A stretch of DNA of 63,685 nucleotides, the filler included, from Chiloscyllium plagiosum (Eukaryota), in NCBI RefSeq assembly GCF_004010195.1. It is 4 parts of one record of this genome, joined end to end, with 100 filler letters (N's around TTAATTAATTAA, not from the genome) between each part and the next. Parts side by side here need not be neighbours in the genome. Positions count along the whole stretch, not along the records: positions 59,002 to 63,685 come from NC_057712.1; 3 more parts are not named here. The stretch is one strand, 5' to 3'. Position 1 is the stretch's first letter, and each line of letters opens with the position of its first letter. The translations under genes were made by a program, and so were the position numbers. Below the pieces are notes generated by a model, which ran no database searches, was not told the DNA's origin, and saw only the letters and a list, made by a program, of their open reading frames with translations. Of the stretch, positions 61,975 to 63,685 are shown piece after piece.

Positions 61975-63309
61975 AGTGTAAAGCTAGGCCAAATTGTCTT
62001 ATAGAATCAATGAATCCAACACAGAAGGAGGTCATTCAATCCATCACACCTGTACCGCCTCGTTGATAGAACAATCCACTTTGCTCTTCTTTCTCCAAAC
62101 CCATTTTTCGCATTGGGTAATCTTACCCAAGTGCTTTTTTTATTAATAAAGCTATAATTCAGCATAACGTTATTCATGGCATCTGAATTAAAATGTGTAC
62201 AAATGAATAGCAGCAAGAATATGTTGATTATACTGCCTGTGATAGTTGTGGTTTAATGCATGTTGGAGAACATCATGAGCACTGTAATGTAAGATTCATA
62301 AATTCAAAATGAATAATTTTTAACATCTTGTTCAAAGCAAGACTTATTCATCCATTGAGGATTTCTCACCGAGCAAAGTTCTAAGCCTGCTTATAATGAA
62401 CTGGTTGCTAATTGTTTTTCACATACACATGAGGAAATCTCTTTCCCCCCATTACTTAAAAAGCTCATTTACACATTTTGTTTCCCATCTTGCTCAGTAC
62501 AACTATTTATACATATGATTGACAGTTGTCCTTTTTCAATAAACATTAAATCTCAGCCTTTAGCAAATTCTTTTCAGATATTGCATCCTAGTAGAAACCA
62601 GGATTAGTTAAGTGCCGGATTTCTTCTGAGGATCACGACCCTATTTTGTTTGGCAGGTCAACACTAATGGAGAATCCTGCCTAACCTTGTGGCCACAGCA
62701 TTCCAGTATCTCACAATGGACACTATGAAGGGGAATTGGAGTAAAATGTACTGGGAAGGAACTTGCAATCTGCCTTTTATTTTTCTGACTACCTTTCATT
62801 ATTCATTTATAAGCAGGCAAATCGATAGTAGTGAACTGTTTTCAGAATCCCACAATAGAATTCTTTAGTTCAATTATCTTCACATGTATATTTGAGTATT
62901 TTTAAATAGGACGCGTCAAAGTTTTAGAAATTGATTGCTAATATTTTGTGTGATTCTTCCAATAAACAACAATTTTTCTTGAAATGAGTGGTTTTTAGGC
63001 AAAATACTTGTATGTCAGCTCAGAATCAATTTAAAAAGCAAATGTCTATCAGCCAGTTTCTGGCACATTTTAATTGTGTGCTATAACACAGCATGGTGAA
63101 TTTCAGTAACAATACAAGTTAATTGATTGCTTGAGATTGTATGAATATGTTAAGGTGGAAATTTTTCAGACAAGACTATATAATCAGGTTACAATAAATC
63201 CCTAAGGGCATGTTATCCCTTGAGCATGAGGTGTTCTTTAATTATATCAATGAAGAACATTGATTGGATGGTAGCTCCGGTGCTGCCTGTCCCTAGGCAG
63301 CCTATCAAC

Positions 63310-63685
63310 GCAAGGAGTATCAGAAATAAGGTGGGTGAACTTAAGGCATGGATCGGTACCTGGGACTACGATGTTGTGGCCATCACGGAAACGTGGATAG
63401 AAGAGGGACAGGAATGGTTGTTGGAGGTTCCTGGTTACAGATGTTTCAGTAAGATTAGGGAGGGTGGTAAAAAAGGAGGGGGGGTGGCGTTGCTAATTAG
63501 AAATGGTATAACGGCTGCAGAAAGGCAGTTCGAGAGGGATCTGCCTTTAGAGTTAGTATGGGCTGAAGTCAGAAATAGGAAAGGTGCAGTCACCTTGTTG
63601 GGTGTTTACTACAGGCCCCCCAATAGTAGCAGAGATGTGGAGAAACAGATTGGGAAACAGATATTGGAAAGGTGCAGAAGCCACA
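63310..63685 (+). mobile_element. Young CR1 ORF2 endonuclease start, runs off the window
   Basis: NARSIRNKVGELKAWIGTWDYDVVAITETW...GVYYRPPNS in an open frame. Confidence 0.93.

Overview
Repeat-dominated, non-coding vertebrate genomic DNA. It is almost certainly from a shark or ray, inferred from HE1-type V-SINEs and their partner HER1/CR1 LINEs. No host protein-coding gene can be firmly identified, and nearly all long ORFs are transposon remnants or N-gap artefacts. Contents: many CR1 LINE copies of several ages (SGNH-esterase ORF1, APE/RT ORF2), a second CR1-group LINE with its own partner SINE, L2, RTE and Tx1-type LINE fragments, two decayed Gypsy LTR elements (one with Gmr1-like protease-then-integrase order), a Tigger/pogo MITE, and many Penelope-like element (PLE) pieces. 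The most notable system is a set of short PLE 3' ends carrying minimal hammerhead-ribozyme motifs (CTGANGA-stem II-GAAA-NTH). They inserted as fold-back palindromes flanked by 11-15 bp target-site duplications, often with snap-back scars at the apex. The clearest case is a ~930 bp GIY-YIG palindrome at 61040-61974. Also present: a CpG-rich unique island (~14.2-15.1 kb) with a candidate minus-strand first exon, a ~150 bp non-transposon inverted repeat (8736/9571), and two locally templated insertions. The assembly contains two 500-N gaps and three 100-bp gaps carrying a TTAATTAATTAA spacer. All family assignments come from reading motifs by eye; element boundaries are approximate unless a TSD is quoted.
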